DNA of 64,000 bases, taken from assembly GCA_023436925.1 (NCBI GenBank), contig JAEZHJ010000009.1, forward strand, positions 1,781 through 65,780, given 5' to 3'. Within the stretch, counting starts at the first letter, position 1. The text below holds more notes on this DNA, generated by a model. The model had not been told where the DNA came from. It worked only from the letters and a program-made list of their open reading frames with translations, and ran no database searches. The stretch itself is not shown here. This DNA is from Actinomycetes bacterium (lineage in GTDB: Bacteria > Actinomycetota > Actinomycetes > Propionibacteriales > Propionibacteriaceae).

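Noticed and set aside
27674-64000. Giant ORF as a modular NRPS/PKS megasynthase.
   Set aside because: No condensation (HHxxxDG), adenylation (A-core), ketosynthase (DTACSS), acyltransferase (GHSxG) or carrier (LGxDS) motifs were seen anywhere in the translation. The protein has a signal peptide and adhesin-like repeat content instead.

Overview
High-GC (roughly 70%) actinobacterial-type chromosomal DNA in two very different parts. (1) Bases 1-27,460 are housekeeping. They hold a scattered de novo purine set (purA, purD, purB, purC, purS, purQ, purL, purF, purM) interleaved with other genes. These are fbaA, a TrmH/SpoU methyltransferase, a CPBP protease, a cold-shock-domain/DUF1294 protein, and a translationally coupled GT2 synthase / HlyD-like adaptor / GH81 lipoprotein operon. 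Also present are a secreted EEP-family enzyme, a GNAT, a PabB-PabC fusion, a truncated aldehyde-dehydrogenase-like ORF, a Pro-rich DUF4870 membrane protein, DUF3073 and a fructosamine kinase. Seven of these genes have a TANNNT -10 hexamer 6-7 nt upstream of the GTG/ATG, which fits leaderless transcripts. (2) From ATG 27674 to the last base of the window (36,327 nt, 12,109 codons) there is one uninterrupted plus-strand reading frame. It is absent from the supplied ORF track, apparently because it has no stop inside the window. The track shows only its antisense shadow ORFs of up to 3,507 aa. The predicted product is a giant secreted protein. In order it has a Sec-type signal peptide, a coiled coil, PT and PAES linkers, and a matrixin-like HEVGHALGLGH..LMAP zinc motif. 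Next come a beta-helix-like region and about four colinear 740-752-aa megarepeats, followed by about 8 kb of degenerate modules of the same type. After that come ~100-aa Ig-like modules, two compositionally distinct non-repetitive segments and a ~6.5-kb region of GGxGxD (RTX-type) calcium-binding motifs. Its C-terminus lies outside the window. This gene is the main finding. I saw no tRNA, rRNA, CRISPR array, transposase or integrase.
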